Source: Entomortierella parvispora E1425
Taxonomy: Eukaryota > Fungi > Mortierellomycota
Length of the DNA: 64,000 nucleotides
Assembly (NCBI GenBank): GCA_020891255.1
Contig: BQFW01000006.1
Span: 1,736,001-1,800,000 of the forward strand
Reading direction: 5' to 3'
How positions within the stretch are numbered: position 1 is the first letter of the stretch; the number at the start of each line of letters is the position of its first letter. The notes beneath the pieces were generated by a model that saw only the letters and a list, made by a program, of their open reading frames with translations, was not told where the DNA came from and searched no databases. Below are positions 1 to 13,928 of the stretch, in pieces. The position numbers and the translations under genes were made by a program.

Positions 1-2775
1 TCCAGGTCCACACCCCAGGTGTCTCTGCCTCTCCCGTCATCTACGTGTGCCATAGTGGCGCCGAGGTTTGTGTTGTTTAAACTCTTTTGGCTTACGTGTT
101 ACACCGTCTTTTGACCTGGCAGACTAACAAGATTCCTATTTCTCCTCGGATGGATTTAGTACTTTTTCCCATATGGAGCCATCATTTTTTTTCTCTTCGT
201 GCTCTCGCCGATTATGGTCTACCAGCTCAAGGGCATCCACGATGGCTTTGGTATCAGAAAAGAACTCATATTCATCTCATTCTTCTCTGCGCCTTGCTTT
301 ATCTGCTACTTCTTGATCCCAGCAGTTGCTCCCGACTTCACAATCCGATATGTGGACAGAACTACTTATATGGTTCTCATTCTTGTGGCGAGCCACATCC
401 CTAGTATCATCATGCCTTTGTTCCGCCATTTCAAAAACACCCCCAGCAATTGCCCCATCACCTCCAGAGCGTTCAAGAAGAAAGTTCCAAAGGAGACGAG
501 GTCGTCAGTGTCCAATTCAGCAGTCAAAGAGCCCGGGATGGATGACTACGACTGGAGCAATGGCGGTGATAAAGACAAGAGCGATGCTCCAGAATCACGT
601 TGGACTCCGACAGCAACGGGCGCCGCCGCCGCGGCGATGGCGGAGGAGCAGGAGGGAGAGAGCATGGTCCAATCGAGCGAAATCCAATTTCCACCGGTGC
701 CGGCCCCCACCGTGGACAAGCAAGAGATCAGCGGCAGAGAACAACCACAAATGACCTCGAGCATCACAATCCAGGACAATCTCCACCCTCATGGCAGCGA
801 TAGGCAGCATTCGCTTCCGAGCTACTACCAACAACGCCATGGACGGAAACAGAGTACCAGCAACATGAACATGTCGTTACGGAACTTGCTCAAGAACTCA
901 AAGATGACCCATTTCAATCTTGGATTCGGTCAGCATCAGCAGCAACAGGATTTGGCAGAGCTGGATAATCGCAAGGGCGATTGGGAGGCGTTCATGAAGG
1001 TGTTGGAGGATCAGGAGCTATTTGAGCGATTGAGCGCGTTCACGGTTGGAGAGTTTTGTGCAGAGAACACGCGCTTCTTGTACGAGGTCTCACGTCTGGA
1101 AAAGAGGGCAGTTCAGTATGAGCATCTGCGACAATTGACGGCCATGCCGGTTGGTGAAACACAACAGCAACAGGAACAACAACAACAAACGGAGTCGTCT
1201 TCCCTTCGTCATATGTACAGAACAGCCGGACCTCACTCTTCTAGACAGGAAAAGACGGTCTCTACTTTGACAGACCATTCAACACTTTCACCATTGCCGA
1301 CGCACTTTTCATCCTCCTTCTCTCGGGAGAAACATACCAATCAGGGGAGCGATGACGAAAGCGGGATGGATCCTCACCAAGTCAAGAAGATTGTGTCACT
1401 GTCCTCGGTGAACTCGACTGCGCCCTTGTTGCGCCCTCGGCGTTCGTCTTCCTCTTACTTTGACGAGTCTGAACCTTCTTCACCCCTGGGATCTTCCTCG
1501 ATTCAATCGACCTTTATCCGGTATGGATCGGGTTCAGCCACCGCATTGCCGGATCTGGAGGAAGGCGGGGGAAGAGGTGACAGCATCGCGCTTCAAAAGT
1601 TGGATAGATCATTTTCAACCCATCATCTGAGCACGGCTTTGACCACAAAGGAAACTGCAGTTTCATCCACCACGACCTTGGGAGACGGATACGCTACCGC
1701 GTCCACAACGACCACCACCACCACTACGCACCATTACAAGTGGCTGGATCTCACCGATCAAACTGCGGCTGCAGCTGCAGCCGCGAAACTGCTGATGCCT
1801 TTGCCGATGCCCCCTACACTATTGATTCAGTTTGAATACGTTTACAAAACCTTTATTCAACATGGGGGGAGACTGGAACTGAACCTTTCTTATGATACCT
1901 CACTGGAGATTCAAAGACGGGCCAAGTTGGGCGACTGGAGGTCGGGTCTGTTTGATAGTGCAATTGAAGAAATCCAAGAGCTGCTCTTCCGAGACGTTTG
2001 GCCAAAATTTGTCTCGTCCCCACATGGTCTCTACGCTGCCCTGAAATCGGCAGCAGCAACAACAACAAGAGCAGCGGGAACAGCAGTTTCGGTGGGAGGT
2101 ACTAGCGGCCATTCATCTCCTATGACCTCCGCCCCCATAGTGATAGGCACTGGTCAAACGGTTACACCTCAAAGGACAACAGCGTCCTCCACATCTGAGT
2201 CGTACTCGCAACATCCTCAAATCGGGTTGGGGCCAGCGACGGGTCGGACCTCCATCTATCTGTCATTTGAACAGCAGCAGCCCACGGCATCGTCCTTGAC
2301 GCCAAAATCCTCCTTGTCCAGGGCGACGTCTCAGAAGGTGTCTCCGACCATGGGCGAGTCTACACGTGCAGGGCGAGCCTCATCCATTGCATCCTCATCC
2401 ACAAAGGCGCCTGGATCCTTATCTTCCCTTGGCAGGGCAGTCAGCAACGGGACACGATCACCTCCTAGCTCCACTAAGGATGACGGGTTCTATGAGGAAG
2501 AGGAGCCCAGTAGGTCTGGCTTCAAAACCTGGTTGACAGGTGGTCGACGGGGCTTTGGCAGCAGGGGCCAACACCGTGGCCGCGGCCTCGGCCGCAATGA
2601 TGCCCAAAGAGAAGCGGGAGAAGGCCCACAAGAGGAGTCCTTAGGGATCATTGCTGCCAGTCGGAAGAGCATGGTTGACCGTCGGAGAAGCGACATCTCA
2701 GGCCATTACTCCGGAAGCATCCAAAATTCAATGGTGACCGGGCCCATGACAGCCGCCAAGACCACCATAGAATAG
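1..2775 (+). CDS. Transmembrane RGS-domain protein (7TM-RGS/GprK-like), 5' end outside window; exons <1-65 and 160-2775
   Basis: Intron 66-159 (GTTTGT...ACTAAC...TAG) joins CHSGAE to YFFPYGAIIFF in frame with ORF 199-2775. Hydrophobic helices and 'DGFGIRKEL' are followed by RGS motifs 'FMKVLED..LFERLSAFTVGEFCAENTRFL' and 'VYKTFI..GGRLELNLS...LFDSAIEEIQELLFRDVWPKF'. Confidence 0.85.
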
Positions 2776-5016
2776 AACAAAAGAGAACAATCCCATACTC
2801 CTGAACTCTTGAACATACTTCATGTTCCTGTTCATCAAAAATAGACGAGCTCTTTCCGAGTTCACCTTTGTATCGGCAACTCGAGAGATGTAGCAATTGA
2901 AACGTACAGAAGGAATGCGAATTGTAAAAAAATTCCCTTTTCTGTTTTCTGCTGGCGTAGAAACCGGCAATGGGTGCATAGAACAGAGCAGCAGAAACAC
3001 AAAGTGAGGTATGGAGACTTGCATGAAGAGATAGATACCAAAAGATACAAGCGGCAAACCTGTTATCCTGCCCTCGCGGCTGATTGTACCACACACACGC
3101 AACACACGCGCTCACACAACAGGCCACGGAAAAAGTAGCCAAAGCACAAAAGAGTTTTCTGGCTCATCATGTGGATCATTTGTTACCATCACAACCCGGT
3201 ACCTCGGGGGGAAAAGAAAGCCTGGGGCTAGGTGGTTCTGCTCAATTGGATCTTCGGCGCCTTTTTCTAGGGGGATGTTTTTTTTTGAGGCGAATGGCCA
3301 AAAGAGCTCAGTTACGAACAATTAAGAAAAAAAAAACGTGGTCTTCCTTTCCTCCAGTGGGTGCGTGTTTCTCGGGGTGGGAATACAGGGCTGACCTTTG
3401 AGCAACAGAAAAGCTTTTCGCGTGTTTTTCCCAATTCTGACCAACGACAGGGCCTGAGAAGGTCTTGAAACGCGTTGTTAAGGAGTTTATTCGGTCGGAT
3501 TGAAAATTGAATCAACAGAGTTGGTCCCAGTGGACAACCGTCAAATGGCGGCCGCTGGGTACCGCTATGTGGGCTTATTCTATCCTCAATAGAAAAAGCC
3601 AGCTGAGCGAAAAAATGTGGAAAAGGATCTTCTCATTTGACAGGGTTCACTTTACGAACAAATTGAACGGGCCAGGATAGGTGGGAAAATGACCCGGATA
3701 TTATTAACCTTGATTACCAGCAGTACACGGAGAGGAGTTCCTTTAGCTTGACAGGCCTGACCACAATCGATGGCGAATGTGAATCCAAAGCTCTTGGAAA
3801 AACCCAGATACTCTTTGTCAAATATGTAAACGCTCTCGCCCCTCTGCCAAACAGTGGACAGAGAGGTCTTGAAAGGGTCCACCCAGAGCGTCATTTCGAC
3901 TGTGCACTCACAGGTAGAGTACCTTTTTTCCCTCGTGTTGCGCGGTTGCGATGTTGCCTAAAACCCAAACGTATTGTATTCTTCGTAGCATGAGCACCGC
4001 GCAGGTCGTGAAGGTGAGGGGGGGGGGGGAAGTGGAGGTGGCCAGGGACTTGCTCAAAAGGAGAATAGTGTAAGGCCATTTGACGTGATAAGCACTGTAG
4101 CCCCCTTTTGGCCTAGATGGCACTTTGTATAATTCAATGGACCACACTAGAGGAGGAGAGACCAGATTCTAGACTTTTGAGGGGAGTCCTTCCTCTCAAA
4201 CAGAAGCATGTGGCCGAATGAATGTCTGAGGATGCTCCTGAGAGCTGAGAGGGGGAGAGGCAGAGGTGATGCTGGGGCCAGGCAACGTGGCCAAGTCTCT
4301 CAACGGTCGCCAACCACTGGGATGGAGTAAAGAGTGTCGCAACCACGCACAGTTCAAAAAGAGAAAAAAAGACAGTTGCCTTTAGAGGAGAGTAGCTATC
4401 CAGTGGACATCTCTCCGAGGAGCGAACAGAGTCTGAATGGGTTCTGATCTGACCCCCTCCATCGTTCGTTCGTCCGTTTCGTTCGTTTGTTCAAAAAAAA
4501 AAGACGATCGGTTTCATTGCCTCTGAATGACTTTGAGTGCACAAATCCCATGCAGTCGCTCTCTTCGGGCCGAGGGAGGGAGTTATTTCTGATATACTTT
4601 GGTTTGAATGTCTCGCGTCTGTCTGTGCGGATCCACTCAGTGGGCTGCAACCTTCCTTTGCTTCTTGGGAGGAGCCTTGTTTGTCCCTTTTTGCAATTGA
4701 ATGCACCGCCCACTTTGTTGCCCCTTCCCTTCGTGACGAATTGTTTGTTGCAAAAGAGGGAAGAGCGCCGATCGATATAAAAACCGCTCAAGATTCCCTC
4801 AATCTCCCCTTTTCTCCTTTCTTACTTCACCATCCGGATCATTGCTCTCTCTGCCTCAACGCACCTTCCGCCGCCCCCCCCTACCTCCCCGCAGAGCGCA
4901 CTTCCGTTCGTCTCTTCTCTCTCCCACCTCACTTTCTCACTTTCTCACTTTCTCACTCACTCACTCTCGCTCTCTTTCTCTTTCTCGCTCACACACGCAC
5001 AGTCCCACTCTTCACT

Positions 5017-5045
5017 TACACACACACACACACTCACACACACAC
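5017..5045. repeat. (CA)n microsatellite just upstream of the F-box ATG
   Basis: acacacacacacacactcacacacacacc. Confidence 0.9.
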
Positions 5046-5063
5046 CCTTCCAACCTTTTCACG

Positions 5064-6512
5064 ATGATGGACGTCGACCTTCCTCCTTCCTCATACCTTC
5101 ACGCCTCCACCTCCTTGCCAGAAATGCCCGAGAACATCTGGTTAGATGTCTTTGGTTATCTGTCCCTGGAAGAAAAGTTCCGTGTTGCTGGGTAAGCACC
5201 CTCTCCCGTCTCTTTCTCAATCAACAAATCAACAACTCAATAGACGACTAACTCTTTTTTTTTTTTTTTCTTTCCAATTTGCAGAACTTGCCGCCAATGG
5301 CACCGTATCCTTGCAGATCCCTCTCTGTACACTCACATCTCCCTGGAGAACATGGAGTTTGACACCTTGGTCCTCTGCATGAAGCAGCTCTGCCGCCTCG
5401 CGCCTCGCATCCGCTCCCTCTCTATCGCCAACTGCTTCTCTGCATTTATCAGCAAGACCACTGTGCCTGTCCAGACCCCTGCGATCATGCACCATTTCCC
5501 TCAACATCAGCCCGGCATGCACTCCCTCTATTCTAAAATCACATCGCTCACACTCCCCCGCAGACGAGAGGAGTATCGCAAGCTCGGTTTCACCCTCCAC
5601 CATGACTTCTCCCTCGCCCTCGCCGATCTGATGGAGCAGAGCCAAGAATCTATGAAGAGATTGGAATTCAAAGATAACTTTTTGGATCTCGAGATGACCG
5701 AGCTGGTCTTTTCGATCGTGCGCTATGGCCGCCGTCTGGAGCATCTGGTGTACGACGGCAACAGGGACGGTGGGTTTGTGGCACCCGAGGTCGTCAGTGC
5801 CATTACCGCTGCGTGCCCAAACATCAAGTCCTTCCAGGGACAGCACGCAATCTCGGATACGGTCTTGCGTCGCATGATGACCGGATGGGAGGATCTCCGT
5901 GCCATTACCCTTGCCCCCTATCAATCGGCAACCTTGGGCACCAAGGAGGTCAGCATGGAGGGTCTTTGGTCTCTTTTGGAGTGCGGCAAGGTCGAGTCCT
6001 TGGAGTTGTTGGACTTGAACTGCATCTCCAACGATAATGTTCGCACTATGATGCAACGGGTCAAGCAATTGCAGGCAACATCGTTTGAGCGGGTCGCTGG
6101 CTCGCCCTTGAGCCATCCCTTTGCCCATCATCATTCGTACTTTGCCAGCTCGTACACCCCCGTCGAGCCCACAAGGCCTGTTCCCGGAGCCTCGGTTCGC
6201 CATTTGACCATCACCAAATATACCTCCTCCCCTTTGACGCTTCCTGGCTTTGGAGCCTTGCTCAAGTTGTTCCCCAACTTGGAATCCTTCAAGCTCAAGA
6301 CCAACTTTTTCACCTATGATCACCAATACCATGGCTTGACCCTCGATATCTACGAGGCCGAAATTGCCATGGTCGAACAGATGGTCTGCACTGAGATGTC
6401 GGACCGATGGGGCCCTGTGCGGGCAGCTTCCAAGAGCTGCTGGCAGGGCGAATGGCATGTGCCCGTGACAGAGGAGCAACAACTCCGCGCCGGCATCATG
6501 CGCTCTGCTTAA
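5064..6512 (+). CDS. F-box protein with LRR/RNI-like repeats; exons 5064-5191, 5285-6512
   Basis: F-box 'LPEMPENIWLDVFGYLSLEEKFRVAG|TCRQWHRILADPSLYTHI' is reconstructed across a GTAAGC...TTGCAG intron (5192-5284), in frame with ORF 5352-6512, which has LxxLxL-type repeats. Confidence 0.85.
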
Positions 6513-7890
6513 AAAGGAACCCATTCCTTCCCATATTCTTCTCTCCACTCCGCCACTATACCTTTTACATCCTGTACCCTTTTTCACCTTCACTAATTAA
6601 TTATACCACCGCCCTAATATCTGTAATATACCAACTGTCTTTTGTCTTTTCCACTGATATGTTCTTGAGTGTCTCTACCCTTGTCTCTGACGATTGTGTC
6701 TCTGGTGATCGTGATACTGTTCTCAAATCCTCACCTGAACCATGCGAGTTTGTCAGTGTAAGACCCCTCCGAGGCAAATAAACTGAATCATTGTGGGTCA
6801 AAGGATCACTTTTCTTTGTGCGAGGAATTGTTCACAAAAAGTCTCTGATCAGATTCAGAGTCAAAACGTGCAGGGACAAAGACGATCGAGCGACGAAACT
6901 TGTGGGATTCGCATGTGCTGACACCGTCCGATACTCGGAGGAGGAGGAGGTGTGGGAGGAGAGACCTTTCTTTTGGATGAAAGACAACTCTGGCAAGGAA
7001 CAAGAGAAGAAACATGGAATAAAGTAGGGTCACTCTCCCCGAGACTTTCTTGCTGTTGAGATCTGGATCGGAATGGATCTTTCGCTGGGCGTAGTCCGAC
7101 AAGGCACGGGTCAAACGGTTCATCGGGCGCTGCGCTGAGTTCAGTCTAGCCAGAATCACGTCGACATTGTCTTTGAGATGTGAGGTGACACCACGGACTC
7201 TAGAAAAAAAGGAATCCTGGATTTCAGTCAGTCTCAGGAGCCAAAACCGTGTCAGGGGGGCATGGCGAGGGATCGGCGGGAAAAAGGGTGCAGGGCCACA
7301 AGGGCCGCCCGCACCCTCCTTTCTTTTTTGCGCTTTCCTCAGGACGGTCAGAAACAGACCAGTGCGTGACCAGAGTCCAAATCCACAATCGAAACGACAG
7401 GGAGAGAAGGTGCGAAACAGAGACGATGGCGAGCATGGATATACCCTCATCCACACGGTGTGAGTAGCCATGATCTCCAAGTGTTTCTACGTCTGTCCTG
7501 GAACCTTGGAAGGAACGGGACATATCATTGCAGGTGTCCCTGAACCTTGAAGATGGCGGATGAGGAGCAAATCTTTGTCGAATAATTTACTCGAATATTC
7601 CACTATAGTAGCTTATTTATTCCAGCTAATCGACCCCTTCCTGCTCCATTTTCCCCTTGGCTGCCAGGGCAGCTTGACCAGCCAACCACTGACAGACAGA
7701 CAGACAAACAGACAGGCAACACACAAGCGATCGCCTTTGCTCTCGTCTCATCCTCTCATCCTTTCCACGTCCCTGACTTTCCTCCCTCCCTCTGTCCTTG
7801 ATAACTAGCCACCACACCGGCCTGTACTCTCGTCGCCGGCCATCAGCAATTCATCCGACCGCAACAACCGCGGCGTTACATCACTAAACG

Positions 7891-10800
7891 ATGCGTGCCT
7901 CTTCAATGGCATGGCTGACTATCGTGGCCATTGGACAGATCCTGATGAGCATCAATTATGTTCAAGCTCAGACCCAAGGTGCGTGGAATGTTATCGCGTG
8001 GCGGGTCATGTAGCGATGGATGGACAACCTAGGTGGATTACATTGAACCCTTGCGCCCTACTTTATTTTTATTTCTCCGAACAAGAACACGAATGTATTT
8101 GCATGTCCACGTTCATATTGTTGACGCCTCCTGTGCTCCATAGAGGACTATATTGTCAAGGACCTGCCAGGACTTTCCCCAGCCGACTCTGAGAATCTGA
8201 AGCAATATGCTGGGTATGCCCTCCTCGCTTTTGTTCTCTGTGGCCAGGCGCGATGGCTTTGATTGATCTGACTTTGACCTCGAAAATGTATCATATCACT
8301 AGACATATGGCTCTGGATGAAGGAAAGCTCTCGAACCTGTTCTTCTGGCTAGTGACCAAAAAGCGAGACCAGAAGAGTGGAAAGTTGGTAAGGAAGCATC
8401 CCTCGCTGGGAGAATCTGCTGAAATTTGGTGGTCAGTCTTGATCAAGTTCTCTAATTTTCGTCCCCCCTCTCCTTCTCTCCCCTTGATGCAACTTAGATC
8501 ATTTGGTTGAATGGCGGTAAGGAGAATACGGCGGACGGGAAAAAGTGTGTTCCATGCTTTCTTGTCGATCAATGTTCATGTCATACGTGCTAATCACCTA
8601 TTCGACGGCCCCCGTATCTATGCCAATTGTGGATTGATTGGCATTTTCAGGACCTGGATGGTAAGCAGCTGATCTGAGAAAGAGGGCACGTCAATCCGAC
8701 TTTTCTGACGTTTTTTCTGGATTGTACTTCATTTGATAGCTCAAGTGCAGATGGATACTTTCTAGAGTCTGGACCACTTCGCTTCGTTGACCAGACACTG
8801 ACGATCAACAAGGGCGGTTGGCACGAATTTGCTAATGTTGTATTCTGTGCGTGAACCAAAGTGCCGCATGAAAAGAGAGGACAATTTCTTGCTATGGATA
8901 TTAACGCCTCCTCAATCAGTGGACCAGCCTGTAGGCACTGGACTGAGTTTTACGAAAGATCAGCTGTTGGGCTCAATGGAGGAGGTAGTCAATGAAGACA
9001 GGCAAAAGTTCATTCGCAATAGAAGAGCGTGGATTAACGGCATTCCTTCCTGCCACATGCTTTGTCTTGTTAGATTACCAATCACTTCTTAGCCTTTCTC
9101 AGAGAGTTTTTCAAGATCTTCCCAGACCTTGCCCAGGATGATGTGAGTTGAACTTCGTACGCTTTGGTATCACAAAGGGTATTTGGTCCATTTAGCTAAC
9201 GCTGTCTGGTGGATGTCCAATAGCTTTACCTAGCAGGAGAGAGCTACGCAGGAACCTATATACCCTATTTCGCAAAAGGAATTCTGGATCACAACGAAAA
9301 TCTTCCTGAAGGTCATCACGCTTACAACATGCAAGGAATGGCAATTGGAAACGGTTGGATCGATCCTCTTCATCAGGTAACGGACGGTACGGTGATACGA
9401 TCATGTTCCACGGACCAAGGTTCCTAACTACTGACGCTTCTTTCCCTGATGGTAGTACACATCCTTCATCCCGTTTGTCCAAAAATACGGAATCGGAACG
9501 CCAGACTTGATTGTAAGTATACTTTGGATGGACCTTCCGAATGTACGTGGCCGAAACTAATTGTGCTCCCACACCAGTCGGATCTTACACATCAGCAAGA
9601 TCGATGCCTGGACGATATTCGCCTTCAGGATCTTATCTCTCAGAACAAATGCGAAGATCTAGTTTCAATTATTTTGCGATCGTCAATTACTGGGTAATTT
9701 CTTTTGGAGTGGTGTAAGACATGACACATTTTACAATGGAGACGTGCTAATAGGAGTCCAATTCGACCCTTTATCGATTTAGGAATGAAACGAATCCTAT
9801 GTGTATCAACGAGTATGACATCAGACGGAAAGAAGTGTACCCTGGATGCGGTACTCTTTGGCCTTACGAGCTCCCTCAAATGAAGGAGTACTTGAACGTA
9901 AGGAGTCAGGCTAAAGGCCATGATTTTTTAACTCCCACAACAACAATCTCATGAAGACCAATTTTCATCTAGAGACAAGATGTCAGGAGGGCACTCAATG
10001 CTATAAGAGCTCCGGACCCTTGGGGAGAGTGTAGTAGGCGTGTGAGCGATGCACTGAGGTTCGATGACTCAACTCCAGCGATTTCAGTAGGTTATAGGCC
10101 CTTTGTTATTACAGGTACAAGTCAACCAATCTTTGCTTCCACTAAGCCTTAACACGGTGTCGATGTCTCTATATACCTTTTAGCTCCTGCCTGGCATCTT
10201 GGAAAAGACCAAGATTCTACTCTTCAGGTAGGTTCTTGTCGCTGGTGTCGTTGATGAAACCCTCTCAACGAATTTTAACATGTTTTCAATTTACTTGGAA
10301 TGGTAGCGGACAACAAGATTTGATCTGTAATCATATTGGTACCGAGTTTATGATCTCCAACATGACATGGCAAGGTGCTCAAGGCTTTGTGGTAAGAAAA
10401 TTGCGCTTGAGATTGTGTGTTCATTTCAGCGCAAAATGTATTTAACTCATGATATGTTTGTGAATCAATAGGATTCCCCAACGCACAAGTGGACAGTCGA
10501 GGATATTCCTGCGGGAGAATGGATTGAGGATCGTAACTTGACTTATGTTCTCGTGTTCAATTCTTCACACATGGTTCCATATGACGTCCCGTTGGTGGCG
10601 TTGGATATGATGAATCGATTTATGGGATTGGATCCAAGATTGCAGAATTTTAAATCCCATTTGGACACGGATACGGACTCTGATACCTCGGACACACTGC
10701 CCCCTGGAGGCGAGAAAATCGATATCGATCAACCTGGAGGATCCCACTCATCGAAGTAGGTGCATTTTGTTGTCGTGAGGCATCAGGAAAACTGCTTGCT

Positions 10801-11224
10801 CATCAGCCATTTTTGGTCCTCATTTCTTTCTAATCTCTGTCAATTTCCCCCTCTTATAGTGGCTCTGCCTTGTTGCTTTTAGTCCTAGTGGCAATTGGAT
10901 GTGCTGTCTTTGTCATGTTGCGTAGAAGGAATCGCCAAAAGAAGCTGGGTGGTGAACACACAGGAGTCCAGTGGTTCCCGTTGAGCAACAGCAACAACGA
11001 TTCTCGTTCGCGTGGACAGCCTATTTCCACGGATGAACTGTAAGCATCATCATTCAATTCGTTCATCGAGACCTTTCCCCCATGTATCTTCTTTACTGAC
11101 CATTTGTTGCGATGATAGTGACGAGCTTGTTGTCGAGAGTGGAATTCACGACAGCGATGAGGACAACTTTGGCGATGATGACGATGACGAAGATCACCGC
11201 CGACACTCTGGAGAGCGATATTAG
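7891..11224 (+). CDS. KEX1: Serine carboxypeptidase S10, KEX1-like (pheromone-processing), many short exons
   Basis: Signal peptide [27 protein letters not shown]; exon peptides 'DYIVKDLPG', 'NLFFWL', 'IWLNGG|PG', '[10 protein letters not shown]', catalytic 'AGESYAG', 'GNGWIDP', '[15 protein letters not shown]'; then a TM helix ([19 protein letters not shown]) and an acidic cytosolic tail ending ERY*. Confidence 0.9.
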
Positions 11225-11685
11225 ATCAAACAAAAAATACAAATTTTAATTTTGGATGTCCAGTCATTGCAGTGCCTGCCTTGTCAAACGTTCTAGGCTT
11301 GAGTCCTGACTCAACGCTGGCATAGATGCTGTTGGAATGATGGATTCGACGAATAAAAAGCCCACTAGCTCACTGCTTCAGGTGCAACGCTGGTGCGCCA
11401 TCATAAATTGTCCTTGCCCTGAAGGGCCGTCCTTTCAATTTCAGTTTTGTGTGATGACCACCTTCCAACAAGAGTGGACAAGCAGATACACTTGGAGAAT
11501 GATCATCGTGGCCGTCTATCTTTCCATATGACGCATGCACTGGACCGTCTGTTTGATTCTTGGGTAGGAATGGTAGTCCCGGTTTATTCAGTGTAGATGC
11601 ATGCAAAATGGGTGTTTGGTGTATGTTTTTGAGTAGGTAAGGTAAGATGCCTGCTGAGGAAGGAGCAATTGGGGTGACAAAATGG

Positions 11686-13928
11686 TTATTCGTCTTCTTC
11701 CTCGTCCTCGTCCTCCTCATCTTCTGCCTCCTCCTCAGTGTCTTTTGACTTTGCTGTCAGTTCCACGCACTTCAGACCGTTGCGAGCCTCCTTTATCCTC
11801 AACCAACGTCCGAGCTTATGTTCCTGACCAGTGGCTGCGACCAAGATTGTCTTTTTTGACATGGAAGGTTGGTAGAGCTGAAGATCGTTCACGAAACCAA
11901 TCTATTGTTTTTCAAGCAAATGGCATATTGATGTCAGCCCAAAAAAAAAAAAAAAAAAAGAAAAAAAAAGAGTAACAATAGGTCCTGGTGTTTGAAATGA
12001 GCATATGGTCAGATGGGACTTACCGTAGGGATAACGCTAATAAGGGCAAAGTTCTTCATGTTCTTTCCAATCTGCCAGACGCGCACAGTGCCGTCCCATG
12101 ATCCACTGACAAACAAATCCGAGTACCGCAATGAGGCCAAGGAGGTAATCCAGTAAGGGGTCTCAACGCCTCCACTTGGGATAGGTTCGCCGCTGGTGTA
12201 GTCCAGTGGTTGAGTATGGAATCCATGGGCCAAAGGCATCGAGAAAACTGCCTTCTTCTTGTTCACGTTCCAGAGTGAGATCGTTCCGCTGTCGCCTCCA
12301 GTCAAGAAGTTCTCTTCATCCACCATAGCCAAACAGTCAGTCGAGCCCTCAATAAACGAAGGGTCCTTCTTCTCCCGCATGATGAATCCACCGTCAGGTC
12401 CAGGGGTGGCGACCATCTTTGGCGCTCCATCCTCTTCACTGCCATTGGTTCCCAAAATATCGACGTCCTTGTTCAATTTCTTGGGACGAACCATTCCGCC
12501 ACCACGGAAGACCAACTGTGACTCTTCTACAATCTTCCAGAGACGCACCGTGCGATCCCGTCCTCCAGTGGAAACACAGTGTTCCTTGGCCAAACTGTCC
12601 ACGGCTGTGATGCAATCCTGGTGACCGAACAACGTCTCAATATAACTCAATTCGTCCACGTTCCAGACCTTGACTGTACGGTCGTTCGAAACTGTGTAGA
12701 GCTGATTGCTTTGTCCCTTGCGGAAGGACATGCCTGTGATGGTATCCTTGTGTTGTTGCTTAAACGTATGCAACAACTTGTTGTCCTGAATAGACCAAAC
12801 GTTGATGATCTTGTCCTTTCCTCCGGAAGCCAAGAACTGGTTATCGGAACTGGCCGCTAAGCAAATCACTTGGTCCGTATGTCCTTTGAAGTCCACAATG
12901 TTCTTTCTGCCTCCTGGGAAGACAAAAAGTTTCTTTCCAGTCTTCAAGTCCCCTATATGATGCAAACATCAAATATTGTAATGGTTAGTCCTCTGATCTG
13001 ACGTATAATCGAGTATGAAGTTTCCGAGAAATCTAAGATGAAGGCTCTTACATTTGGTAATAGATCCATCCTTTGCACCAGAGTAAACATAGAGTCCGTT
13101 GTCTGTGGCCGCTACAGATGTAGCTGTGGTGAGGTTTCTGAAAGAGGTGATGCGGGATGGGTCGATGGGAAATTGGAATGTCTCGGCAAGGTGTCTGTGA
13201 AGGCGCCCTTGAATCTCAAGCTATTGAGTTGAAAGAAAACAGCCCCTGTTAGTTGAAAGTTCTCAGATCGAGTTGTGAATTGAAGTAAGGTTCCTGAATG
13301 AAGATCATAAACGTACAGCATCCTGCTTAAGACGATCCGCAATGTTATCACGATCAATTTCCTCTGCATCGTATCCAATGTCATCCTCTATTTAAACAAA
13401 GAGTTGATGTTTGCGGTTAGATCCAATACAATTGCAAAAATGAGCAAATCTGATCCGATTCAAGGCGGAATGCTTACCTCCAGCATGCTGCAAGGTATCG
13501 ATATAGTTCTTGGCGAGACGGAGGCGCTTCTGAGCGGGCGTCTCGTTCATCAAAGCCTCATCATCCTCATCATCTTCGGAATCACCGAACTCCAGATCCA
13601 TGTCATCAATGCCTCCGGCACCGATCTCGTCTCCGCCCTCATCATCGTCTTCGACAGCGCCCTTGCGATGACGACGTCCACCAGTTTCCTCGTCCGAAGA
13701 GTCTCCACGGTGCTTCCTCTTTCCAGCCAAAGAAGTTGTGGCTCGGTTCTTCTTTCCAGTATCCTTCTTGGGTGCAGGGTTAATGGCGCGGGTTCCGCCT
13801 CCACGGGAACCTCCTCTGGAGCCTCCGCGACTGCCTCGGCTTCCACGTCCGCGGCTAGACCCTCTTGAAGGGCCATCGCCACCGCCGCCTCCAGACTTTT
13901 TGACTGGCGCAAAGAAGGGATCAGACAT
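11686..13928 (-). CDS. RRP9: U3 snoRNP-associated WD40 protein Rrp9 (U3-55K), multi-exon
   Basis: MSDPFF start, 'ETPAQKRLRLAKNYI', 'YDAEEIDRDNIADRLKQD', WD repeats 'LYTVSNDRTVKVWNVDELSYIETLFGHQD', 'YWITSLASLRYSDLFVSGSWDG', and an acidic C-terminus (ORFs 13392-13928, 12009-12965, 11686-11892). Confidence 0.92.

Noticed and set aside
5302-5314. GTATCCTT resembling a U12-type 5' splice site
   Set aside because: Lies inside the F-box coding exon (HRILA); other matches are antisense or within ordinary GT-AG introns.
5229-6593. 454-aa minus-strand ORF
   Set aside because: Antisense shadow of the codon-biased F-box exon; no recognisable motifs.
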